From the human T2T-CHM13v2.0 reference genome, Homo sapiens, in assembly GCF_009914755.1 (NCBI RefSeq), contig NC_060944.1: a DNA stretch of 64,000 nt; one strand, given 5' to 3'. Numbering within the stretch: position 1 is the stretch's first letter; every line of letters begins with the position of its first letter. The notes under the pieces are model-generated. The model was not told the origin of the DNA. It saw only the letters and a program-made list of their open reading frames with translations, and made no database searches. Made by a program: the position numbers and the translations under genes. This document shows, piece after piece, positions 1-13,040 of the stretch.

Positions 1-1974
1 ATTTTAACAGACAGTAGAGCTCTCTTATAATAATAACTACTTCCTTCCTGGTTTTTCATTGTTTGGTATGGCTTAATAAAATGAATACGTCTTTGCTTTT
101 TCCCATCCTAAGTATAGATTTAACCTGTTCTCATGAAAAAGTATAAAGAATTAGTTTACTGTAGACTTATTATGTCTTTCTATTTTTATCATTTGTTTTT
201 AGAAATTGGTGAGCCCATTCATGATTACACATATGAACAAATCAGTTCCCAGTAACTCTGGCAGATTTCTAAGCAATCTTGCTTAGAAAACACCTGGTAA
301 AATATACTTTCATTCAACTTCAGGTGATTCAAAAGCAGCTGAAAGTCACTTAAGTGGAAATACAAATATGATGCTGCTTTTCAAATCAAAAGCAAGATCT
401 CAACTCCACAGGATGTGGCAGATTGCCAGGTGTTTCATTTCTGACCAACAACTATACTGTCGGGAGCTTCTCTACGTAATTGACAAACCAAAACCCAAAG
501 CACCAAGGTTAACAATTCACTTCTCTTTGGCCACAGAACTGGTATTGTGTTATTCCTGTACTGCACATAAATCACTTTCATAGGGCCATTAGAGGGTTGT
601 TTTGAGGCCTAGAAGACTAAAATCAAACCTCTGGGTAGCTGAGCAATGTCAGAACAAGGTACAGAGTGGGTTTAGGGTCACTTTGGAGCCACTGTCAGTT
701 TTCTTCTTTTTTTGCTTCTGAAGCTGCAAAATCATTTTGGCCCAAGGGCAGTCCACTTGAATTCTATGCAGACAAGAGACAGACTCGTGGTTTCTCCACA
801 AGATTTTGATGTACTAGATCAGGACATCAAACATCAGCCCATCTCCAGATATAAAAAGCAACTTCGTAGGTTTTCAGATTATGTTTTGCCAACCATCTGG
901 ACTATGAGACAGATACTTGAGACAGAGGATGTTACAGGAGCTGACCACCATTGTCACAAATCATTGGTGTGCAGAGGTTGAGGTGCCTCACTCTTCCCTG
1001 TATGTGTGCCACAGGACTCTCCAGAGAGCTGGTAAAGAATAGGAAATTAATGTAAATGTGTGTTACACTGAGTGTGTGAAATTGCTAAAGAAAAGATTAA
1101 ATTATTACTTGATCGTGTTATTTAACTTCCTTTCTTTCGAACGAATAGAAGGAAATGAAAATTGACATTTCTCAATGCCTATAATGTCAGTTGCCCTACA
1201 TAATTTATATATGTACATTTTAGTTATAAATAATATAATGGGACATAATTAAAAGTCCCATTTAATTCTCACAATAAATGTATGAAAAGAAAAAATAAGT
1301 CCTTAGAACATCCATAACCTACCTCAGTTTATACAAATAATCAAGTGAAATCATTTCAGAATTTGAATACAAGTTGTAGTGGCTTCACAAAATATGATAT
1401 TCCCACCCTTATGCCCAATGCTATGTGGGCTATGATCTAAGCCCTAACTAAATAGTAAAATATATTCTCTTCTGCTGATTTTCTTCTTTTTTTTAAACTC
1501 ATAAAAGAAGTGAAAATTTTTCCATACAGTTTACATTTTTACTAATCTTTTCCTCTATGATAAACTTTTGGTAGGGCCTTCTATTTATGAAGTGAGCCAT
1601 GCTCTTTTCATGACCCTATTTGTTCAAGGCATAGTGGGTAATACTGAGATGAAGCAGGCACTGACCCTACCTTCAGTTTGTTGGTTAGTACAGGACATTG
1701 CATACAAAGAGTTATCATACACGGGGAAAGATTCATGTACACTTTATTATTTCAGCCAGACTTTGAAGGATTAAATTGGGAGAGGAGAAAACACCATAAG
1801 CAAAGGGAACAGCATAGACAATCATGGTGTGTATATAGGAGCGGGAAATAATTCAAGATTGCCAGGACAGAGGTTGCATGGAGTGAACTGTAAACAGAAA
1901 GAAATAAATTGTGACCATATCAAACTGTATCAGAGGTTAAGCAAGGAAGTCCAGAGGAGAGAAGAGTTGAAGAC

Positions 1975-2460
1975 TGTGAGGATTCTTGCAATTCTTCATT
2001 TCTCTCTGTATCCACATCCTTTGCCATGTAACATTTCTGGGCCACCGACCTGGGGATGGGGTGATTTGTCCCTTCACTTCGGCTCAATCATATGACTTGC
2101 TTAGGCCAATGGAGTGTTAGCAGGTGTGACACAAGCAGAATCTAGAAATGGGCTTGTTCACTGGGGCTTGCTTTACTATGCCTCCGCCATTGCCATGAGA
2201 AAATGCTTGAGATAGCATGTTGGAGAATGAATACATAGGAAGTAGAGCCAAGCTGCTCCAGCTGCACAGTTGCCTGAGCCAAGAGTCTAGATCAGCCAAC
2301 AACCAGGCAAGCCCAGACATGTAAGTTAAGCATAGTTCAGCAGAGTCACCCGGCCAACTCCCAGATGACTCCAGACATGTGAGCAATAAACCCAAATTGT
2401 CATATGACACTGAGGTGTTTTTGTTATTTGTTACACAGCAATAATAATACAACTAACACA
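1975..2460 (+). mobile_element. MLT1-family (ERVL-MaLR) solo LTR
   Basis: MLT1 motifs 'atgacttgcttaggccaatggagtgttagca', 'ccattgccatgagaa', AATAAA and a 3' end 'ttgttacacagcaata...actaacaca'. Confidence 0.75.
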
Positions 2461-2904
2461 GGTAATAAATACAATTAACACAGGATGTGATAAGATTGAA
2501 GACAGATAGGTAATGGAGAGAATGATAAGAAATAGAGAGATAGCCAATACACAGAGTATTGAGAATATGCAAGAAAATTCACCATCACCAATAGAGATGG
2601 TATAAGATTTTTAAGGAAAATATCTCAACAACTTGCCCCCCAAATATATGTAGGGTATTTAAACACCTGAGACTGAAATAAGTTGTCAGCAGTTCCTCCA
2701 TATCATAACAACACTCCAAATTAAAGAGTGATACTTAGTAAATTTTACTCAGCCTGCAGACTGATGGCCTTCTTTCTCTGTACCCATTCTTTGTTTTGTC
2801 CATCATGATATTTCCCTTCATGTCCATTTATTCATAAATAAATGCGCATCTTTGAAATATTCTTTGAAACAGAAAGTTATATTGAGGGCAAGAAATAAGG
2901 CTAG

Positions 2905-3198
2905 TTATTGAGGCAATCTCTTATCTGCAATTCACAAGTATCAACAGTTTGAAACCTCAAGGTTTCGGTAACTTATTCATGGCAAAAGCTGACCTTCACT
3001 GACAAGGTTTATGTTTGTTTGTTTTTTGTAATATTTATCCCACTTAGTTTCACTGCAGAAATATTAATGTGTTTGAATATGGAGTATTGTATTGCCTTGA
3101 CTCAGACCTCACTAATACATGGGATATTTCTCAAGGACAAAAAAAATTCTAAAATACATCTGGGCCCACGGGTTTCAGATACAGAATTGTAGATTGTA
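2905..3198. mobile_element. MER46C-like TcMar-Tigger DNA transposon
   Basis: Degenerate terminal inverted repeats 'caatctcttatctg' and 'cagatacagaattgtagattgta'; internal 'catctgggcccacgggtttcagata'. Confidence 0.55.
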
Positions 3199-4021
3199 TT
3201 TTAATAATGCAAATGGAAAATGGAAAGTAGTTGGAGAGTAAACTGAAAATGCATCCGTAGGAATAGAGGAGAGTAGGAAAGAAAGTCTTAGTCAATAAAT
3301 GTGCAGTGAGTTGTGAGAAAAGGGAGGTTTAAAAGGGGAAAAGAAAAAGGAAAACATAATTAGAGCCATTTTACTTCAAATATTGCAAATAAGCCACCAG
3401 AAAATGTAAAAGCACAGTTGCATGTCCTTTATGTGAAGAACAAAGGGATCGTTTCATGCTGATGTCATCATCAGATAGCAGAATTTCTTGTTTTTCTCCT
3501 TTTGATCTCACAAAATACTTTTGCATCAGAAAATTTAAAGTGGAGATTCTCAAACTTAGGTCCATTATGTTTTCCTGTGATTATTATGTAGATTATCCAT
3601 GAACAATATTGAGAAACACACTGACATAAAACCTAATCAAGGACTTTTGAATATGAATTGCATATAATAAACTTTCACTTGGCTTGGGGTTATTTGTTCA
3701 AATACTATGAATTTGTCATCTATTTTTTTTTTCTGCCAAGGAAGCATCCTCTTTTCTGTGAATAACATCTCCTAGGGAATATTTTCTTCACTTGTTTTTA
3801 GTCATGGAATTCTACAATAGACTTTCAGTTATATTACACTACCCCCAGGCAGAGCCAGTTGGCCTAAAGTTGAATGTAAGACACTAACAGGGTCCAAACA
3901 AAAGAACTAAATTTGGAATTTTCTATTTCAAAACAAAGGAATGAGGAAAAGTCTCTCCCTGTTTGCAAAGCATTAACATATTCCTTGAGAGGGTATCCAT
4001 GGCCATATCTGTCATTTAGAT

Positions 4022-4269
4022 CAGGAGTGTTCAATCTTTTGGCTTCCCTGGGGCACATTGGAAGAAGAAGAATTGTCTTGATCCACACATAAAATATAAT
4101 AACACTAACTATAGATGATGGCCAAAAATAAATAAATAAATAAGAAAAAAATTAAAATTAAAAAAACTCACAAAAAAATCTCATAATATGTTAAGAAAGT
4201 TTACAAATTTGTGTTGGGCCACATTCAAAGCTGTCCTGGGTCCCATGGGCCATGGGTTGAACAAGCTTG
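4022..4269 (+). mobile_element. MER30 (hAT-Charlie MITE)
   Basis: 'caggagtgttcaatcttttggcttccctggggcacattggaagaagaagaattgtcttg' ... 'gggttgaacaagcttg' match the MER30 ends. Confidence 0.9.
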
Positions 4270-4799
4270 ATGAAGACAGTTCACAGCAAGAGAAATGAAA
4301 GTTATGATACGGTGAAAGAAGCAGACACAAGAGTGTGAGGAAGAGTATTCTGGTACATTTGAGTTCTTGATTCTATTTGTTTAGGAAAACCAGATGTCTC
4401 TTTGCCCTTCCAAAAATTATATGAGACCCAATATCCTTCAAATATTTTTTCCCGTGGCCTAAATGGCATGGTTAGGTTTCTATCACTTACAACCTAGTTT
4501 GTTCTACTTCTTAATTCTTGTATTTGTACTTTATTTTTCTTATTTTAGAAAATTAATTCAGAATCAACTACATATACTATTATATAGTTCTAATCTTTGT
4601 ATTTCTGAACATACTTTGTTGTGTATGGCTTTCCTCAACAAATTTTGTAAAAGCAGAACTCTGCTTCTCTCCAATTATATAAATAGCTAAGAGTATTCAC
4701 TGGTGCAAAACAAGTTTAAAAATAATTCTGTTAAAAATAGTTGTAATTACACACTTTATCATGGATTGAGAATTTTTTAAAATACACAGGGTACAAGAT

Positions 4800-5220
4800 A
4801 CACTACTGGACTTCTGGTGCAGTAATAAATAACCCCAAAGTCTCAGCAGCTCACAACAAACTTATATTTCTTGCTTGTGATTCAGTAGGTCAGCTGAAGC
4901 AGCTCTGCTCCAAGTGCACAGCAGGTTTCGAACTGTTCCATTTAGCTTCTCATTTTTTTACCCAGGCTGAAGCCCCACCCCATCTGGAATGCCTTGCTCT
5001 TGTGACATTTACATGCCAAAGCTCAATGGGCAGTAGAAACAAAAATGCTTCTCATAATCTCCCTGAGAGCTGGCCTACTTGCATGTATTCCACTGGAGAG
5101 CTCAAGTTACACAACCAGGCCCAAAGTCAATAAGACAAGCTAATCTTCTCCATCCATGCTAGACACATAAAGACAGAAGAAAATGAAGAATTGTGCCCAA
5201 ATAACATAAGCTTCCACATA
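4800..5220 (-). mobile_element. Old MLT1 (J/K-like) LTR
   Basis: 'gcagtaataaataaccccaaagtctcagcagc' and 'caagttacacaaccaggcccaaagtcaa' are antisense MLT1 motifs. Confidence 0.6.
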
Positions 5221-5302
5221 ATACTGAAAAAGAGCAAACAAAAATCCATTTAAAAATATGTTGACAAATTAGGAAAATTGAATATGTATCCTCTAGTCTA
5301 AT

Positions 5303-5331
5303 ACATACACACACACACACACACACACACA
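5303..5331. repeat. (CA)n microsatellite
   Basis: Directly visible CA run. Confidence 0.9.
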
Positions 5332-5721
5332 TATGTATAATGAAAGACTTACTGGATCTAAATAATATATGTTATCCACGTATTATGCCCCTCACAGATA
5401 CACACAGACATACACACATATATTTAATAAAAAAGATCTGAATGAAATTCTGCTTCCAATTTGGCTTTCAGTTTTTCATTTTTCTCAATTCATCAAATGA
5501 CATGTTTTCTTAGCAACTGTGCAATTTTGAAGACTGTACAGAAAGCATGACCATGTGTTGTCTTCAGTTTTTAAATAAGATCAATTATGTATAGACGTAT
5601 CTAGCATGAGCTTTAGAATGTATCAATTTTTAAAATCCAAACATGATTGGTTCATTATTCCATCCATTTGCCCATTAGTCAAATTTTGTTAAAAATCATT
5701 CACAAAATAACTTTTCTTTTA

Positions 5722-6982
5722 TTGTGGAACTTTGTGGAACTTTGAACTTGAGAGAGATGACTTAGAGTATCCGGCAGAAGAAATCTTTAAGCAGCAAAGC
5801 ATTCAAGAGGTAACATGGGTGCTGATAAAGGGATTCAGTTTTATAAGGGAAGCAGAGCACAAAAGTTCAGAAAATTTGCAGCCTGATAATGCAGTAGAAA
5901 AGCAAATGCCATTTTCTGAGGAGAAATCGAAGCCAGCTGCATAAATTTGCATAAATAATGAAGAACAGAACACTAATCACCAAGACAATGGGGAAAATGC
6001 CTCCAGAGCATGTGAGGGTAGCCCTCCCATCACATGCCCGGAGGCCTAGGAGGAAAAAATGTTTTCATGGGCCAGGCCCAAGGTCCCTCTGCTGTGTGCA
6101 GTCTATGGACTTGATGCCCTGTGTCCCAGCTGCTCCAGCCATGACTAAAAGGGGCCAAGGTATAGCTCAGGCCATGGTTTCAGGGGTGCAAGCCACAAGC
6201 CTTGGCAGCTTCCACATGGTGATAAGCCTGTGGGTTCAAAGAAATCAATAATTGAGGTTTGGGAACCTCCACCTAGATTTCAGAGGATGTATGTAAACAC
6301 CTGGATGTCCAGGCAGCAGTTAGCTGTAGGGGCAAGGCACTCATCATGAAGAATCTCTGCTAGGGCAGTGTGGAAGGAAAATGTGGAATGGTGCCTCCAC
6401 AGAGAGTCCCCATTGATGCACTGCTGAGTGGAGCTGTGAGACAAGGGCCACCGTCCTCCAGACCCTGGAATGGTAGATCCACCAACAGCTTGCACTATAC
6501 AACTGGAAAAGCTGCAGACACTGAATGCCAGTCCGTGAAAGCAGCTGGGAGGGAGGCTGTATCCTTCAAAGCCACAGGGGTGGAGCTACCCAAGACCATG
6601 GGAACCCCCTCTTGCATCAGCATGACCTGGATATGAGACATGGAATCAAAGATGATCATTTTGGAGGTTTAAGATTTGACTGCCCCACTGGATTTTGGAC
6701 TTGTATGGGGCCTGTAGCCCCTTTGTTTTGGTCAGTTTCTCCCATTTTGAATAGGTGTATTTATTCAATGCCTGTACCCCCATTGTATCTAGGAAGTAAC
6801 TAACTTGCTCTTAATTATACTAGCTCATAGGCAGAAAGGACTTGTCTTGTCTCAGATGAGACTTTGGACTGTGGACTTTTGAGTTAATGCTTAAAAGACT
6901 TAAGACTTTGGGGGACTGTTGGAAAGGCATTATTGGTTTTGAAATGTGAGGTCATGAGATTTGGGAGGGACCAGGGGTGAAA
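5722..6982 (+). mobile_element. THE1-int internal region, 5'-truncated (no 5' LTR)
   Basis: 'tggaactttgaacttgagagagatga...gcagcaaagcattcaagagg' running to the purine tract 'gggagggaccaggggtgaaa' that abuts the LTR. Confidence 0.9.
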
Positions 6983-7352
6983 TGATATGGTTTGGCTGTG
7001 TCCCACCCAAATCTCGTCTTGAATTGTAGCTCCCACAATTCCTATGTATTGTGGGAGAGAGCCGGTGGGAGGTAATTGAATCACAATTACAGGGGCAGGT
7101 CTTTCCCATGCTGTTCTCATGATAGTGAATAAGTCTCATGAGATCTGATGGTTTTATAAAGGGGAATTTCCCTGTACAACCTTTCTCTTCTCTTGTGTCC
7201 TGCCATGTGAGACGTGCCTTTCACCTTCCACCATAATTGTGAGGCCTCCCTAGCCAGCCATGTGGAACTGTGAGTCCATTAAACCTCTTTCTTTTATACA
7301 TTACCTAGTCTGGGATATGTCTTTATCAGCAGCATGAAAATGGACTAATACA
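6983..7352 (+). mobile_element. THE1B-like 3' LTR
   Basis: Starts 'tgatatggtttggctgtgtcccacccaaatctc' and ends 'gcatgaaaatggactaataca'. Confidence 0.92.
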
Positions 7353-8666
7353 TTTACCTAGGCATAATTTTCTAATTGCCAAAATTAGTGACATTAAAAA
7401 TGGAAAGGTTTCCTTTGTTAATGGTTGAAAGAGTTAATACCATTAGGATGGCAATATTACCCATAGCAATCTATAGATTCAACTCAATGTGATTTCTCTC
7501 AAATTTCTAATAAGCTTTTTGTTTTTTGCATAAATGTAAAAGTCAATCTTCAGATTTATATAGAATCTCTAGGGGCACAAAATAGCTAGAACAACATTGA
7601 AAAAGTTTGTAAGAACTTTTTTCTTGCAAAGTTGGAAGATTTATGCTTCTCAATTTTAAAATATTACATTTCCCAAGTGTAAAATTTAATTCTCAAATTT
7701 ACATGGAATTTCTAAGGCCCCCAAAAAACTAAAACAATGTTTAAAAGTTTGTAAGAACTTTGTTCCTACAAAGTTGGAAGATATATGCTTCCCAATTGTA
7801 AAACATTCTATAAAACTGCAGTAGCCTAAACATTGAATTGTTCTACTGGCATAAAGATAGATATATAGACAAGTGGAATAGAATTGACAGTTCAGAAATA
7901 AATCTGTGCATTTATAGCTAATTGAATTCTGACAAGGGTGACAAGACCGTTCAATGGGGAGAAAAAGTCTCTTCCACAAATGATGATGAGACAACTGGGT
8001 ATCCACAAAAACTAAAACAAAAAATTGGACCCCTACTTCGCATTATATATAAAATTTAACTCAGAATGTATCAGGGACCTAAATGTAATTCTTAGAAGAA
8101 ATCCTACAGGTAAGTGTTCATGACCTTGAATTTGGGGATGAGTTCCTACATGTGACACCAAATCTACAAGAAACAAAAGATAAACCAGACTTCAAAGTTA
8201 AACTTTTGTATGGCCAAGAACATTATCTAGACATGAAAAGGCAACCTATGAAATGAAAGAAAATATTTTTAAATCACAAATCTTATAAGGGTCTACTATC
8301 CAGGATATATAAAGAACTAAAATGCAGCAAGACACACAATCTAATTAAAAAATGAGCAATGTACTTGAATAGATATTTCTCCAGTGGCCAACAAGCACAT
8401 TAAAAGATCCACAACATCATTACTCATTAGGTAATGCAAACCACAACCAAAATGAATTACCGTTTCACACCCACTAGGATGGCCACAGTTTTTAAAAAAA
8501 ACAGGAAAAATAACAAATGTTAGCAGTGATATGGAGAAATTAAAATCCTCCTACATTGCTGGAGGAAATGTAAAATGGAGCAGCCACTGTGGAAAATAGT
8601 TTGACTTTTCCTCAAAAGGTTACACATAGGATTTTCATATGACTACCAACTTCACTTCTAAGTATA

Positions 8667-9253
8667 TAATACAGTTTGGATGTGTGTCCCCACCCAAATC
8701 TCATAATGAAATGTAATCCCCAGTGTTGGAGGTGAGGCCTGGTGGGAGGTAATTGGATCACGGAAGCAGAATTTTCATGACTGGTTTAGCACTAACCTCC
8801 TTGGTACTGTCTTCGTGATAGTGAGTGAGTTCTCCTGAGATCTCGTCATTTAAATGTGTGTAGTCCCTCCTGCCGCCACTCTCTTGCTCCTGCTCTGGCC
8901 ATGTGTCATGCTTGCTCCTCCTTCACCTTCTATCGTAATTGTGTTTCCTGAGCCTTCCCCAGAAGTCAAGTAGATGCCAGCATCATGCCTCCTGTATCAT
9001 GCCTGCAGAACTATGAGCAACTTAAACCTCTTTTCTTTATAAATTACCTAGTTTCAGGTATTTCTTTATAGCAATGTGAGAATGGACTAATACAAAAAAT
9101 TGGTACTAGGATTAGGGTGTTGTTATAAAGATGCTTGAAAATATGGAGGCAACTTTGGAACTGGGTAAAGGGCAGAGGTTGGAAACCTCTTTTTATTGTA
9201 ATTTACCCAGTCTCAGGTATTTCTTTATAGCAATGCAAGAATAGACCAATATA
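8667..9253 (+). mobile_element. MSTA element: complete LTR (8667-9094), ~90 bp of internal region, last ~70 bp of the second LTR
   Basis: LTR ends 'gactaataca'; internal start 'aaaattggtactagg...ggcagaggttggaa'; repeated LTR tail; 5-bp TSD gtata at 8662-8666 and 9254-9258. Confidence 0.88.
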
Positions 9254-9732
9254 GTATACATCCAAAAGAAATGAAAACTAGTCCTCTAATAAATATATGT
9301 ACATGCATGTTAATAGCAGCACTATTCACATTGCCCAAGCGGTGGAAACATTCCCAATGTCCATCAAGGGATGATAGATAAACAAATTGTGGTATGTACA
9401 TACAATGGAATATTATTCAGCAGAAAAAGAATAAATTATTGACAAATGCTATAAATGTGGCATAACCTTAAAAACATTACGCTAAGTGAAAGAAGCCAGT
9501 CACAGAATGATTGTATGATTCCAATTACATGAAAAATTCAGAATCAGTAAATCCATAAGAACTGAATGCAGATTGGTGGTTTCCAGGGGTAGAAGAGTGA
9601 TGGGAATAGGAAGCAACTGCTTAGTGAATACAAGCTTTTCTTTTGGGATGATGAAATGTTTTGAAACTAGATAAAGGTGGTGATTATATAACATTGTGAA
9701 TGCACCAAATACCCTTGCATTATTAACTTTAA

Positions 9733-10029
<297 letters not shown>

Positions 10030-11662
10030 TGAATTTTATGTTAGGTGTATTTCACCTTAACTGTAAAAAAAGTGGCATTGTTTTACAAACATAAATCTTA
10101 CTATCATAGAGAAGACTGAATACTAGAATAATTGAGGAACCCAAGTAACCTCCTTGAATTTCTTATAAACAAAGCAATAATTTCAAAATTAAAAAAATTT
10201 CAATGATAAATATTTTGCTCCTCTGTTCTTTTTTGTTTATCTTTCCTGCAACATGCCTTTGTATCTTAAAGACTATGAAATATCATGGACAGAAAAAATT
10301 AAAATCAAGATTGCCCATGTCAAATTTTTACCTAATATGTGTTTCACTTTATAGAACAGTATTTTATATATGAGGAAATAACCCAAAAGCACATATCATT
10401 TGCCAATTTGAATATCTCATGTTCTGTTGAAACAATGGCTTCCTGAAAAGAGTTGATTGGATATGATAATTTAAGTAATACTTATTTTCATTAAACTTTT
10501 TGAGGTCATTACAGACTCACATGCAATAGTAAAAAATAATACAGAGTGATATTATGTACTATTTGCTTGGTTTTCCCCAACATTAACATCTTGCAAAACT
10601 ATATAGTGCAATTTCACAAATAGGATATTGACATCGGTACAGTCAAAATATAAAACATTTTCATCACCACATGGTACCTACTTGCTTTTTAATGACTATA
10701 TCCACTTTACTCCTACCCCCCACCTCTATAACCCATGGCAACTACTAACCCATTCTCCATTTCTATAGTTTTTTTCATTTCAAGAAAGTATATAAATTGA
10801 ATAATATGCTACATAACGTTTTGGGGTTGACTTTTTAAGTCTGCATAATTTTCTGTAGATTCATCCAGGCAGTTGCATATATGGATAATATGTATGTTTT
10901 TGATTGCTGAGGGATATTTCATGATAAGGATGTATTACAGTTTAACCATTCACACATCTGGATTGCTTCCCATTTGGGTTACTATGAAAAAAACTTCTAT
11001 AAATATTTGAGTACAGGTTTTTGTTTATGCATTTTTATCTCTCTGGTATAAATGCCTAGGGATACAATTGATGTGTTATATGATAGTTACATGTTTGGTA
11101 CTATAAGAAACTGCCAAACTATTTTCCAGAGTGGCTGTCCTATTCCACATTCCAATCAGCAATGTTGAGTCATCCTGCATTTTATATTATTGCTATTTAA
11201 AATTTTAGCTAATTTAATTGGTGTTTAGTGACAACTAATTGTGGTTTTAGTTTGCATTTCTCTGATGGTTCATGATTATGAACATCTTTTTATTTATTTG
11301 CATATGAAAAGTTTATCTTCTTTGGTGAAATGTCCCCTTATATATTTTGCCTATGTTTTAGTAGGAATTTTTGCTTTTATATTGAGATTTTGAATTCTTT
11401 ATATATTCTAGACACTAGTCCTTTGTTCAATATGTGGCTTAAAAATGTTTTCTCCCAGTCTGTAACTTTCCCTTTTATTCTGTTTGCAAGATCCTTCATA
11501 GAGCAAATATTTTAATTTTTGATTAAGTTCAGTGTATTACTTTTTCCTTTACTGCATCCTACTTTTGGTGACAAGCTTAAGAAATTTCCAGCCCTAAATC
11601 CTGAAGATTTTGTTTAAAAAAAAGTTTTATAGTTTTCTGATTTACATTTAAGTCTACAATTC

Positions 11663-11947
11663 AGCCGGACATGGTGGATCATGCCTGTAATCCCAGCACG
11701 TAGGGAGGCCAAGGCAGGAGGATTGCTTGAGCCCAGGAGTTTGAGACCAGCCTGGGCAACATGGCCAAACCCCATCCCTACAAAAAAATACAAAAATTAG
11801 ATGGCATGGTTGTGTATCCCTGTAGTCCCAGCTAGGGAGGCTGGGGTGGGAGGATTGCTTGAGCACAGAAGGTCAAGGCTGCAGTAAGCCGTGAGTGTGC
11901 CAATGCACTCCAGCCTGGGTGACCAGAGCAAAACCATTTAAAAAAAA
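11663..11947 (+). mobile_element. AluJ
   Basis: J-diagnostic 'ggattgcttgagcccaggagtttgagacc' and 'ggtcaaggctgcag'; A tail. Confidence 0.93.
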
Positions 11948-12706
11948 TGTCTATGATCCATTTTGAGTTAATTTTGTACAAGGTGCAACACTTGGGTCAA
12001 GGTCTTTTTTTTTTCTTCCTTTGGCCTTTGGATGTCTGATCGCTCCAACCTTATCTTTCCTCCTTTCAGTTACTTTTGCACCTTTGTCACATGTGCCTAC
12101 TGCGTATTTATGTAGGCCTATTTCTGGATTCCTTTGTGTTCCATTGATTCATATTCCATCCTTCAAATACTACACAGTTTTGACTACTGTAACTATATAA
12201 TAAGTCTTGAAATCAGATATACTGATTCTTCCTACTTTGTTTTTATTTTTCAAAATTGTTTTAGCTATTCTACATCTTTTACATTTCCATATCAATTTTA
12301 GAATAATCTTGTCTCTAGCTAGAAAAAAACTTTCTGGAAATCAGATAAGTATTGCATGAACCCTGCATATCAGTTTGGAGAGAATTTATGTCTATATTAT
12401 GTTGCGTATTCCCACTAGTGAACATAGTATGCCCTCTTGACCATTTATTTAGATCTTCTTCTACTTCCTTCATAAGAGTTATGTAATTTTTAGCACACAA
12501 GTCCTGTACTTACTTTCTTAGATTACACTAAATAGCTTTCTTTTTCTTTTTGGGTGATTGTAAGTGCTATTGTATTTTTTTATTTCACTGTCAGTGTTCA
12601 TTACTAATATACAGAAATATAATTCATTTTATATGCATTTCTTCTATCTGGTAAACTTGCTTTATTTGGTTATTAGCTCTAATAATATTTTGGAAATTCC
12701 TTGCAG

Positions 12707-13040
<334 letters not shown>

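Noticed and set aside
190-300. Possible coding exon (acceptor 'tttgtttttag' at ~202)
   Set aside because: No recognisable peptide and no partner exons; such motifs are frequent by chance in AT-rich DNA
5732-7139. Cluster of 70-97 aa ORFs
   Set aside because: Decayed THE1 internal and LTR sequence
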